Shown here: positions 1 through 9,300 of the stretch, in pieces
Position numbering within the stretch: the first letter of the stretch is position 1
Layout: every line of letters starts with the position of its first letter
Origin: Gammaproteobacteria bacterium
Lineage (GTDB): Bacteria > Pseudomonadota > Gammaproteobacteria > Xanthomonadales > SZUA-36
Reading direction: 5' to 3'
Assembly (NCBI GenBank): GCA_036986175.1
Contig: BTRB01000001.1
Coordinates: 1 to 50,819 of the forward strand
Length of the DNA: 50,819 nucleotides
Position numbers and translations under genes: made by a program
Notes under the pieces: model-generated
What the model saw: only the letters and a program-made list of their open reading frames with translations
What the model was told of the DNA's origin: nothing
Database searches by the model: none

Positions 1-56
1 AGGGCTTAATAAAGCCATACAATAGAGCTCCAAAACCGTATACCGAAACCCTGTGA

Positions 57-1028
57 ATGAAAACCGATCTGAAGTTTATGGCAAAGAAAATCAGTCTTGA
101 CCAGCATGTACCTGAACATCTTGCCGGGTTGCGGCTGGATCAGGCTGCTGCGGCGTTGTTTCCAGACTATTCGCGCGCCCGTTTACAGCAATGGATCAAG
201 CAAGGTGAGTTGACGGTCGATGGCGCACGGGCCAAGCCAAGCGTTCGTCTTGCCGGTGGTGAGATTCTGTGTATTGAGGCACAAATGCTACTCGCGGGCG
301 AGGTTTTACCCGAGGATATACCGCTGGATATCCTCTACGAAGATGATCACCTTCTGGTTGTCAACAAACCGGCCGGTCTGGTGGTTCATCCGGCTGCCGG
401 TAACTGGGATGGTACCCTGCAGAATGCATTGTTGAATTTCGACCAGGATATGGACGCATTGCCGCGTTCAGGGATCGTGCATCGCCTGGATAAAGACACC
501 AGTGGCATCATGGTCGTTGCGCGCAGCCTCAAAGCGCATGCCAGCCTCGTCGATCAGTTGCAGACACGCAGCATGGGTCGCATTTACGAGGCCGTCGTCA
601 AGGGCGAAACGCCTCCCGCCGGTACAGTTGCAGCACCGATTGACCGCAATCCGCGTGAGCGTAAGAAAATGGCGGTCGTGGAGGGTGGCCGGGCAGCTAC
701 CAGCCATTACCGGCTAATCCAGCGTTTGCCGGGTAGCAGCCACATCGAGGTGTCGCTGGAATCGGGCAGAACTCACCAGATTCGCGTGCATATGACGCAT
801 ATTGGCTACCCCATCGTCGCTGACCTGCTTTATGGCCGTGGCCCAATCAGACAAAAAGGCCTGTCAACAGCAGCCGTCGTGGCCATCAACGGCTTCCCAC
901 GCCAGGCTTTGCATGCCCGGACATTGAAATTGGTCCACCCCGACAGTACCGAAAAATGCGAATTTCACGCACCACTGGCTGAAGATATCAAAGGCCTGAT
1001 TGAAACACTAAAAGGATCTTATGATTGA
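57..1028 (+). CDS. rluD: 23S rRNA pseudouridine synthase RluD
   Basis: 323-aa ORF with an S4-like N-terminus (LRLDQAAAALFPDYSRARLQQWIKQGELTVDG). It carries the RluA-family catalytic motif HRLDKDTSG and GRTHQIRVH. It is collinear with E. coli RluD as I recall it and is followed by pgeF as in E. coli. ATG at 78 (MAKKISL) is an alternative start. Confidence 0.9.
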   Translation: MKTDLKFMAKKISLDQHVPEHLAGLRLDQAAAALFPDYSRARLQQWIKQGELTVDGARAKPSVRLAGGEILCIEAQMLLAGEVLPEDIPLDILYEDDHLLVVNKPAGLVVHPAAGNWDGTLQNALLNFDQDMDALPRSGIVHRLDKDTSGIMVVARSLKAHASLVDQLQTRSMGRIYEAVVKGETPPAGTVAAPIDRNPRERKKMAVVEGGRAATSHYRLIQRLPGSSHIEVSLESGRTHQIRVHMTHIGYPIVADLLYGRGPIRQKGLSTAAVVAINGFPRQALHARTLKLVHPDSTEKCEFHAPLAEDIKGLIETLKGSYD

Positions 1029-1749
1029 TCTCATTCAGCCCGATTGGCCGGCACCCACGAATGTCCGGGCATTCTCAACCACGCGAAATGGTGGCTTCAG
1101 CCAGGCTCCGTGGAGCAGCCTGAACCTGGGTGGCAACTGCGGGGATGACCCTCAACACGTGAGGAAAAACCGGCAGCTATTGCAAACACTGTTACCGTCG
1201 GAGCCTCACTGGCTCAGGCAGGTTCACGGAATCCGCGTACTTGCTTTGGATTGTCATCGTGAACCGGCATCTGAGGCTGATGCCTCTACAAGTACGAATG
1301 CCGGACAGGTCTGTGCCATTATGAGCGCCGACTGTCTGCCCGTTCTTTTCTGCAACAGGGCCGGCACAAAAATCGCCGCAGCCCATGCCGGTTGGCGAGG
1401 CCTCGCTGATGGGGTACTTGAAGCCACGGTATCAGCCATGGATTGCAAACCGGATGAATTGCTGGCCTGGCTGGGTCCGGCCATCGGGCCCCAGGCATTT
1501 GAGGTCGACCGGGACGTGTTTGACGTATTTACACAAACACAGTTTGAAAACACTACTGCCTTCAAGCCGCACTGCGACCGCTGGCTGGCTGACCTGTATG
1601 AATTAGCCAGGCTGGCGCTGAGAAGGGTAGGTATCGAACAGGTTTCGGGTGGTCAATATTGTACCCACACGCAGCAGGACAAATTCTTCTCTTACCGGCG
1701 TGATGGCGAGACCGGGAGAATGGCCACAGTAATCTGGTTTACAGAGTGA
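1021..1749 (+). CDS. pgeF: YfiH/PgeF family protein (peptidoglycan editing factor / purine nucleoside phosphorylase-like, DUF152)
   Basis: 242-aa ORF whose ATG overlaps the rluD stop by 8 nt. It has YfiH-type motifs SADCLPV and AAAHAGWRG. The rluD-yfiH adjacency is conserved. Confidence 0.85.
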   Translation: MIDLIQPDWPAPTNVRAFSTTRNGGFSQAPWSSLNLGGNCGDDPQHVRKNRQLLQTLLPSEPHWLRQVHGIRVLALDCHREPASEADASTSTNAGQVCAIMSADCLPVLFCNRAGTKIAAAHAGWRGLADGVLEATVSAMDCKPDELLAWLGPAIGPQAFEVDRDVFDVFTQTQFENTTAFKPHCDRWLADLYELARLALRRVGIEQVSGGQYCTHTQQDKFFSYRRDGETGRMATVIWFTE

Positions 1750-1860
1750 TCCGCGTGAATAAAAATTTGCCGGAATTTTGTCAAGCAGTGCAACAGCCGT
1801 TCCTGACCACGCAGGGCGATTAATCCCAACCGGCTCAGCTTATATTCGAGGAAATTAGAG

Positions 1861-3009
1861 ATGCAGATGACTCCCCGGGAACGTGTGCTAACCGCAATCA
1901 ATCATGAGCAACCCGACCGAATTCCCGTGGTTATCGGAGTCAACAACGCTACCGGGATAAAAATGAAGCCTTACCAGGGCATCAAAGACATCGCCGGAAT
2001 ACAGGCCTCCGATAACTACATTTACGACTGGCCGGAGTTGGGGACCGCAGAAATTGACGAAGAAACCATGTGTCGTTTGCACAGTGACGTTCGTGGTGTG
2101 TTGGACCTGGAACCTGAGAAGGTGCGAACGCGGAATCGTGAGCGTAATCCCCATAGCGACTATACGGATTCATGGGGTAGTGGGCAGACAGAAATAACTC
2201 CGGGGGACTGGTTTCCCGGTATCCATCCCCTTGCCGGGGCCCGAACTTCAGAGGACCTGGAGCGTTACCAGGGCTGGCCCGACATGAGTGATCCAAGCCG
2301 TATTGCCCATGTACGGGAAACCGCCAGGCAACTGGCCCAGGAGAACCGATATGCAATCCTGGCGACACCCTGGCTGTTGTTTCCCTTCGAACGGGCCCAT
2401 GCGATGCAGGGGATGGAGGCATTCCTGCTCAACATGGCCATGGATCCGGATTTTGCCCGTGCCCTGCTGGAAAAAATTGCACACTACTGCAAACAGTTGA
2501 TGGGGCGGTTTCTGGAAGAACTGGGCGGCAATGCAGATATTATCAAGATCGGTGATGATTTGGGGACCCAAAATAGCCTCATGATTTCACCCCAAATGTA
2601 TCGTGACATCCTCAAACCCGTGCACGCGGATTTCATCAGCTTTATTAAATCCCGGACCAGGGCCAAAATAATGTTTCACTCTTGTGGTGACGTAGGGCCA
2701 TTGATCGGGGATTTTATCGATATCGGTGTCGATATTCTGAACCCCATTCAAACCTCGACAGGCTCGATTTCCGACCTGCCCGCACTTAAAAAGCGTTTTG
2801 GGAAAAACATGGTTTTTTGTGGCGGTATCGATTCACATCGTATTTTGCCCTTCGGCAGCGTTGCAGACGTACGTGAGGAAGTGCGGCGTGTAATGCAAAT
2901 CCTCGGTCCCGGGGGCGGTTGCATGATTGGTCCTGTACACACGGTGATGAACGATGTCCCCCCTGAAAACGTCCTGGCCATGGTGGATGCCGTGGAAGAA
3001 TTCGGCTGA
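1861..3009 (+). CDS. Uroporphyrinogen decarboxylase (URO-D) family protein, MtaA/CmuA-like methyltransferase type
   Basis: 382-aa ORF. The N-terminus MTPRERVLTAINHEQPDRIPV and the internal FHSCGDV (HxCG metal-ligand-like motif) are typical of URO-D-fold methyltransferases. The substrate cannot be told from sequence. Confidence 0.6.
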   Translation: MQMTPRERVLTAINHEQPDRIPVVIGVNNATGIKMKPYQGIKDIAGIQASDNYIYDWPELGTAEIDEETMCRLHSDVRGVLDLEPEKVRTRNRERNPHSDYTDSWGSGQTEITPGDWFPGIHPLAGARTSEDLERYQGWPDMSDPSRIAHVRETARQLAQENRYAILATPWLLFPFERAHAMQGMEAFLLNMAMDPDFARALLEKIAHYCKQLMGRFLEELGGNADIIKIGDDLGTQNSLMISPQMYRDILKPVHADFISFIKSRTRAKIMFHSCGDVGPLIGDFIDIGVDILNPIQTSTGSISDLPALKKRFGKNMVFCGGIDSHRILPFGSVADVREEVRRVMQILGPGGGCMIGPVHTVMNDVPPENVLAMVDAVEEFG

Positions 3010-3016
3010 TGCCGAA

Positions 3017-3045
3017 AAAACCGGGCAGGTTAAGGTCCTGGTTTT
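3017..3045. terminator. Weak bidirectional hairpin between convergent URO-D-like and ltaE genes
   Basis: AAAACCGGG (3017-3025) pairs with CCTGGTTTT (3037-3045): 9 bp with one G-U and an 11-nt loop. An A-run lies on one side and a T-run on the other. The hairpin overlaps the last ltaE codons. Confidence 0.3.
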
Positions 3046-4079
3046 GGTATTTGATCGAGGGCGCTAATTAGAAACCGGGTTTCCTGGTCTGTAGTTGAAT
3101 GCCCAAAAACAAACCGCGCCAAATCATCCCTTCCCGGCCAGCGTTGGAACAGGATGTTTTGAGATTCAAGCTGTGTAAACCCTTCTGTGGTCCACTTTAC
3201 GAATACTTCATTGGCCTGGACCGGGTATTCTAGGCTGGCCTGCGGGTGGGCTTGAACAACATCTGCGAACTTCGCTGCGTGCCGGTTGGCGTGCGTCGCC
3301 ATATCCAGCCAGTGATCGTTCTCTATGTAGGCCAGTAACTGGGCCGAGATGTAACGCATTTTACTCAACAGGTGGCCGGAGCGTTTGCGCAGTCGTTCAG
3401 CGGTTTCACGCCATTGCGGCTGCTTGAAAATCACCAGTGCTTCGGCCGCCATGCAACCATTTTTACTGGCGCCGAAGGAGAGCATATCAATGCCGGCCTC
3501 ACAGGTGATTTCAGCAGGATGGCAGCCAAGGCTGGCGACAGCGTTGGCGAAGCGTGCTCCGTCCATATGTGTTTTCATCTCAAGGCCGTGGGCAAAATCG
3601 CACAAGCCATGGATTTCATCGGCTGTATAAACGGTGCCGCTCTCCGTGCTTTGGGTCAGGCTGAGCGCCGAGGGCAGATAGCTGTGAACGCCGTGCCCCT
3701 GCGTCGCGCGTATGGATTGTTCAAGCGTTTCCAGGTTTAGTTTTCCTGGTTCGCCAGCCACTGGCACCAGCCGCAAACCATTGCCAAAGAATTCCGGGGC
3801 ACCGCTTTCGTCGTTTTGGATATGCGCACTTTGATGACAGTACACGCTGCCCCAGGGTGGCGTGAGGGTGGCCAGCGCAATGGAATTGGCGACGGTTCCT
3901 GTTGAAACCGGCAACACGACAGCCTCCGTGCGAAACAGCTCTGAAAACGCCTGGTCAAGCCTGCCGGACCATTTATCTTCAGCATACGCCGTTGCGGTGC
4001 CCTGGTTGGCTTCGATAATCGCTTCCATCATGGCAGGCGCTACCGGTGTTTCATTGTCGCTACTGAAGTTTGCAGTCAT
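3030..4079 (-). CDS. ltaE: Low-specificity L-threonine aldolase (beta-eliminating lyase / PLP fold type I)
   Basis: 349-aa ORF. The N-terminus FSSDNETPVAPAMMEAIIEANQG is typical of threonine aldolases. The PLP-lysine context is SFGASKNG (GxxKNG type). Confidence 0.7.
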   Translation of the reverse strand: MTANFSSDNETPVAPAMMEAIIEANQGTATAYAEDKWSGRLDQAFSELFRTEAVVLPVSTGTVANSIALATLTPPWGSVYCHQSAHIQNDESGAPEFFGNGLRLVPVAGEPGKLNLETLEQSIRATQGHGVHSYLPSALSLTQSTESGTVYTADEIHGLCDFAHGLEMKTHMDGARFANAVASLGCHPAEITCEAGIDMLSFGASKNGCMAAEALVIFKQPQWRETAERLRKRSGHLLSKMRYISAQLLAYIENDHWLDMATHANRHAAKFADVVQAHPQASLEYPVQANEVFVKWTTEGFTQLESQNILFQRWPGRDDLARFVFGHSTTDQETRFLISALDQIPKPGP

Positions 4080-4122
4080 TTTGCCTTGTCCTGATTCTCT
4101 GACCCCATATTATAATGCGTGA

Positions 4123-6315
4123 ATGGACAGCAAAGCTCACAAGGCCCTCATTAGCTGGCTACAGGCTTACCGTGACTCGGTGGGCAGCCCGGCGGAAGAG
4201 TGTTTACAGCTATTTGAAAAGCTGCAGGCGGATAAACCGGGCGCTGGAAATACGCTGCATCTTTTACAGGATTTGCTGAACGTGATGTCCGGCCTGTCAC
4301 CCGACCCGCATACGGTCAGTTGTGCCATGTTGTTTGTGGCCTCGGAGTGTGGCGAGGATCTCGCGCCGCTACGCGCCGATTTATCTCCCGAGGTGGGAGA
4401 CCAGCTTGATCAGCTGCTTTACCTGATCAAGCTCGAAACCGAGCACTTGCCGGCCAGCACAGCGCATAGTGCCGAAGGCTTGCGGCGTCTGTTGCTGGCA
4501 ATGATCAAAGACGTGCGTGTTGTGCTGATTGCGCTGGCCTGGCAACTGGTAAAGCTGCACCAGGCGAAGAACAAAAAGAAGACGGAGGCCGAATTACTCG
4601 CTCGGGAGGTCTTGCTGATTCATGCACCTCTGGCCAACCGGCTTGGCGTATGGCAATTGAAATGGGAATTGGAAGACCTGGCCTTTCGCTTTGACCAGCC
4701 GGAAGACTATCGGCGTATTGCCAGCCTGGTATCTGAACGGCGTTCTGACCGGGAGAGGTTCATTCTCAGTTTCATTGAGAAACTGGAAGCGGCCATTGCT
4801 GGCGCCGGCATCAGCGGCGAGGTCAGGGGCCGCCCCAAGCATATCTACAGTATTTACAAAAAAATGCAGCGCAAAGGCCTGGATTTCCACGAGCTGTTTG
4901 ATGTCAGGGCGGTGCGCGTACTGGTGGATGAATTACCGGATTGTTACAGCGTGCTTGGGCTGGTCCATACCCTTTGGCAACCCGTCCCGGGCGAGTTTGA
5001 TGATTACATTACCATGCCCAAAGGTAATAACTACCAGTCCCTGCATACGGCAGTTGTTGGACCCCAGGGCAAGGTCGTTGAAGTGCAAATCCGCACGTTC
5101 CAGATGAATGAACATGCCGAACTGGGTGTGGCAGCACACTGGCGTTACAAGGAAGGTGGTCCGAACGATCCGGCGTTTGATAACAAGATTGCACTCATGC
5201 GGCAGTTACTGGATACCGGTGAAGACAAGCTGGATGATGAAGGCCTGCTGGAAAGTTTCCAGACAGCAGCCTCTGAGGACCGTGTTTATGTGCTGACACC
5301 GAAGGGTCAGGTGATTGACCTGGCGCTGGGTGCGACGGTGCTGGATTTCGCCTATCACGTACATACCGAGGTTGGCCATCGTTGCCAGGGTGCGAAGGTC
5401 AACGGTCGTATTGTGCCGTTGACCTGCCATTTAGAGACCGGCAACCGGGTGGAGATCCTGACCGGAAAACATCCCCGGCCCAGCCGCGACTGGCTCAATC
5501 CGCGTCTTGGCTTCATTCACGGGGCAAGGGCGCGCTCCAAGGTACGCCAGTGGTTCCGGCGTGAGAGCCACGCAGACAACCTGCATCAGGGCAAAGACCT
5601 GGTAGAAGCGGATCTTAAACGCCTTGGCTTGGTGCCATCAGATCTGGAAGGCGTACCTGAGCGGTTCAATTTCAATTCTGTTGAAGATCTCTATGCAGCT
5701 GTGGGTAATGGTGATCTGACGGTTGGACAGGTGGTGCACGCCGTTGAGCGCGACAAGGCAAAAGAGGTAGAGCCAACTGTTGCCGACCTGATCAGACGAA
5801 CACCGAAACGTCGTCGTACACCTGGCCGGCAAGAGGGCAGCGATATCGTCATTGAGGGTGTGGGCAACCTGATGACCAGCATGGCCCGTTGCTGTCAGCC
5901 GGTGCCTGGAGACCCTGTACTTGGTTACATTACGCGTGGTCGCGGCGTCACCATACATCGTGATGACTGCCCAAACGTGCTGCGCTGGTCGCGGGAAGAT
6001 AACCCCAGGTTGATCCAGGTGCGCTGGAGGAAGCAGGCTGATGCAGGCTACCGGGTCAATCTGTTGTTGAGGGCTTACAACCGGCGCGAACTGATCACGG
6101 ACATTTCTTCCATGCTGGCGGCTTCAGATGTTTCCGTAACCGATATTCACAGCCACCAGGATGAGCTGACAGAAGAGGTCAGTATACGCTTGCAGCTTAC
6201 GGTCAGAGACTACCAGCAGCTCAGTGAGTTGTTAAATCGCCTGAACAAGATTCCGAATGTGTTTGAAGCCCGCAGGCTGAGAGAGAAGGTTGACGGTGCA
6301 CTAGTCAGAAAATGA
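4123..6315 (+). CDS. relA: GTP pyrophosphokinase RelA ((p)ppGpp synthetase I)
   Basis: 730-aa ORF. The RelA/SpoT synthetase core is present (GRPKHIYSIYKKMQRKG, YQSLHTAVVGPQGKVVEVQIRT, HWRYKEG). The TGS domain is present (VYVLTPKGQVIDLALGATVLDFAY) with an ACT-like C-terminus. The N-terminal region has no recognisable HD hydrolase motif, so I call RelA rather than SpoT. Confidence 0.9.
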   Translation: MDSKAHKALISWLQAYRDSVGSPAEECLQLFEKLQADKPGAGNTLHLLQDLLNVMSGLSPDPHTVSCAMLFVASECGEDLAPLRADLSPEVGDQLDQLLYLIKLETEHLPASTAHSAEGLRRLLLAMIKDVRVVLIALAWQLVKLHQAKNKKKTEAELLAREVLLIHAPLANRLGVWQLKWELEDLAFRFDQPEDYRRIASLVSERRSDRERFILSFIEKLEAAIAGAGISGEVRGRPKHIYSIYKKMQRKGLDFHELFDVRAVRVLVDELPDCYSVLGLVHTLWQPVPGEFDDYITMPKGNNYQSLHTAVVGPQGKVVEVQIRTFQMNEHAELGVAAHWRYKEGGPNDPAFDNKIALMRQLLDTGEDKLDDEGLLESFQTAASEDRVYVLTPKGQVIDLALGATVLDFAYHVHTEVGHRCQGAKVNGRIVPLTCHLETGNRVEILTGKHPRPSRDWLNPRLGFIHGARARSKVRQWFRRESHADNLHQGKDLVEADLKRLGLVPSDLEGVPERFNFNSVEDLYAAVGNGDLTVGQVVHAVERDKAKEVEPTVADLIRRTPKRRRTPGRQEGSDIVIEGVGNLMTSMARCCQPVPGDPVLGYITRGRGVTIHRDDCPNVLRWSREDNPRLIQVRWRKQADAGYRVNLLLRAYNRRELITDISSMLAASDVSVTDIHSHQDELTEEVSIRLQLTVRDYQQLSELLNRLNKIPNVFEARRLREKVDGALVRK

Positions 6316-9300
6316 ATTGAATAATGCAGTGAGACTCTTGCGTGCCGCGGCGATGGAAAAATGTTCTTCAACATTTCTCACGGATGCGTCTGACAGGCGG
6401 TTCCATAATTCTTCGTCCTGGTAAAGCCGGACGACTTCACGGGCGAACGCGGGCGCATCTTCCGCTACCAGCAATTCTCTTTCATGTACCGCAAACAGGC
6501 CTTCGGCTGCCGCAGGTGTAGCGACTACGGGTTGCCCATGGGCCATGCTCATGTTGACTTTGCCTTTCACACCGGCGCCGTAACGCAATGGTGCCACGGC
6601 AATGCGACAGTCACTGAGAAATGTTTGTAGTGATTCCACAAAGCCGTGAAATATCACCCCATCCCCACTCAATGAGCGAACCCGTCCGGGTGCCCTGCTA
6701 CCGATCAGGTGGAAGCGCATTTGTGGCACACATGCGTGGATTAGCGGCCAGACATCGTTGACGAACCAGCAGGCTGCATCAATATTCGGTGGGTGTTGAT
6801 AGCCACCGACAAAATAAATGTCCTGTCTGTCTGCAAAGTCTTTGTCGCGACCCGCCACCTGGTGAATATTGGACAATATGTGAACTTTCTCACCGGGGGC
6901 ATCTTGTGCCAGCACCTCTTTTTCGACACTGCTGACAACCAGCGTTGCATCTGCTGCTTTGATAACCGACATCTCAGAGCGACGGGTTTGCTGAGCCGTG
7001 CGTTTCAGCGGCAGGCTTTGCTCCAGCTCCGCAAGACGTTGCTCACGCAGATAGTGCAGGTCAACCGTATCAAAGATAAAGCGGGCCTCGGGGCAATAGC
7101 GCTTGAGCAGGGAAACGTAGTTGGTAGCGATGTAGTGACGGCTGATAAAGACATAGTCAAAATCACGTCCCCTGTCACGGAAGAAGTCATGCAGGGACTC
7201 CAGCCACGGACGGTACAGGACCTCGATGCCGGCTTTTTGCAGGTCACGGGTATAGCTTCCCGCGTAGTCGCGGTTGTCAGCAAAGAATGTAACGGCATAG
7301 CCTAAATCCCGGCAGCATTGCATCATATTCGTCAGGCGAACGCTGCCGGAATCCTTATCGGGTTCCGGTGTGGTGGCGTCGACTATCAGGATGCGCCCCT
7401 TTATGCGGTGTTGGCTGGCGCAGAGAACTGCTGCACGGTCGTTCGGGTTAGCTATTTTTTCTGGTTGGGATGCGAGTTCGGCTTGCCAGCGATCTACAAA
7501 TTTCTTCTGGTTGATCAGCTGGTACTTCTTGATGCCGCTGGAGGTATCCGTACCGGAAGTGACCCCTTCATGATGAATGACTGCCGACAACGGCTGGATC
7601 AATACTTTCAAGCCTGATTCCCGTACCCGGAAAGCCAGGTCAGTATCCTCAAAGTAGGCTGGCGTGTAGCGTTCGTCAAGCGCACCTATCTTATGAAAAT
7701 ACTTTGTTTTCAATGCAATACAGGCACCGGAGCAATAATCCACTTCGCGCAGGAATTGGTATTGAGGTTGCTCCGCATCTTCCCCGCGGCCGTAATTCCA
7801 GCCTGAGCCATCGCTGAATACAATGCCGCCGGATTCCTGCAGACTGCCGTCGGGATAGACCAGCCGGGCACCCACCAGTCCAGCTTGCGGTTCGCGTTCA
7901 AAAGTATCGATTAACTCATCCAACCAGCCTTCTGTTACCTGGGTGTCATTGTTCAGCAGCACCAGGTATTCCCCTCTTGCGTCCTTGGCTCCCCGGTTGC
8001 AACTGCCCACAAAACCGAGATTTTCGTCATTTCTAAGATATTTTAAACCCCCAATCTGTGCCAGGTAGCCAGCTGTCTCATCGCTGGACTGGTCATCCAC
8101 GACAATGACCTCGAAAGAGTACTTGCCCGCTGTTACCAGCAGGCTGCGCAGGCAGGCAGCTGTGTAAACCCATTGGTTATACACGGGGAGAATGATGCTG
8201 ACATCGGGTTGATCTGATACTGGGAATGCGTCAGGTGGTTGGGGGTCGCCGATGGATTCCACGTCTGCCATGGGACGGGGCACCGGTATCGCCTCTGCAC
8301 CAGTGTATTGCAATCTTTGCAGCGTTCCTGCAAATCCCAGGGTGGTCAGGTTTCTTGTCAATTGTGCCAGCAGCCACGGCCATCGCGCTGGATTCCAGAC
8401 GCGTGCCAGCATGAAATTCTTAGCGACTCGCCGGCCGGCCCGCAACGGCCGGGTGATTTTCCAGGACGTGCTTGCCAGTATCAGCGTATTTTGTTCCTCA
8501 ACGTGTTGGTAATCTGACTCAAGCTGGTCCAGGCGTGCCTGCAGCCTGCCGATTTCAGATTCAAGCTGTTCAACCCATTCCTTGCGTCGCTTCTGTTCCA
8601 GCTTCAGTTGTTTGCCGGTTTCCAGTGCCCATTCCGTCCTGCGCGTGATTTCCTTCTTCAAATCACGGTGTTGACCAAGGGTTCTATTCAGATCGTTACC
8701 GGTTAGCGTCTGTTGAAGGTCTGCAGCCCCTTTCTGGGCTTCGTTCAGACTGGCCTCTTTGGGCGTAAACGGTTTGAGTTCACCGGCTAAGATGCAAAGC
8801 CTGTTGTAGGCTTTAACCATTTCTTCGAGCGTATCCGATTTTGTTGCCGGCAGGTTCTGGCGTACTGCTTTGATCTGCTTAGGTGAACCGCACAGTGCTG
8901 CTACCTGGTCAACCAGCGCTTGCGGGTCGGGGTCTATCAGCCAGCCGGTTTTCCCGTGTTGGATGCGATCGGGGAAACTTCCGACGCGGGTAGCGATGGC
9001 CGGTATCCGCAATTGTTGCAATTCTGACAGGGTAAAACTGAAAGTTTCGGGTACGACCGACAACAGAGCTGCAAAGTCCGGTCCGATGGTCGCCAGCATG
9101 GACGATAGCTTGTTTCGGTCGTACTCAAGGACGACATCCACCCCGGGAATACCAAAAAATGCTTCTCCCGACTGGCCGGCCCCCAACAGATAAATTTGCA
9201 CGTATCTGGTCAGTTCGGGCAGCGCGTTCAATAGTAATGTTTGCCCTTTGCCGGTTTGCAGACGCCCCAGGATTACCATACGGAGGCGTCCATCTGTACG

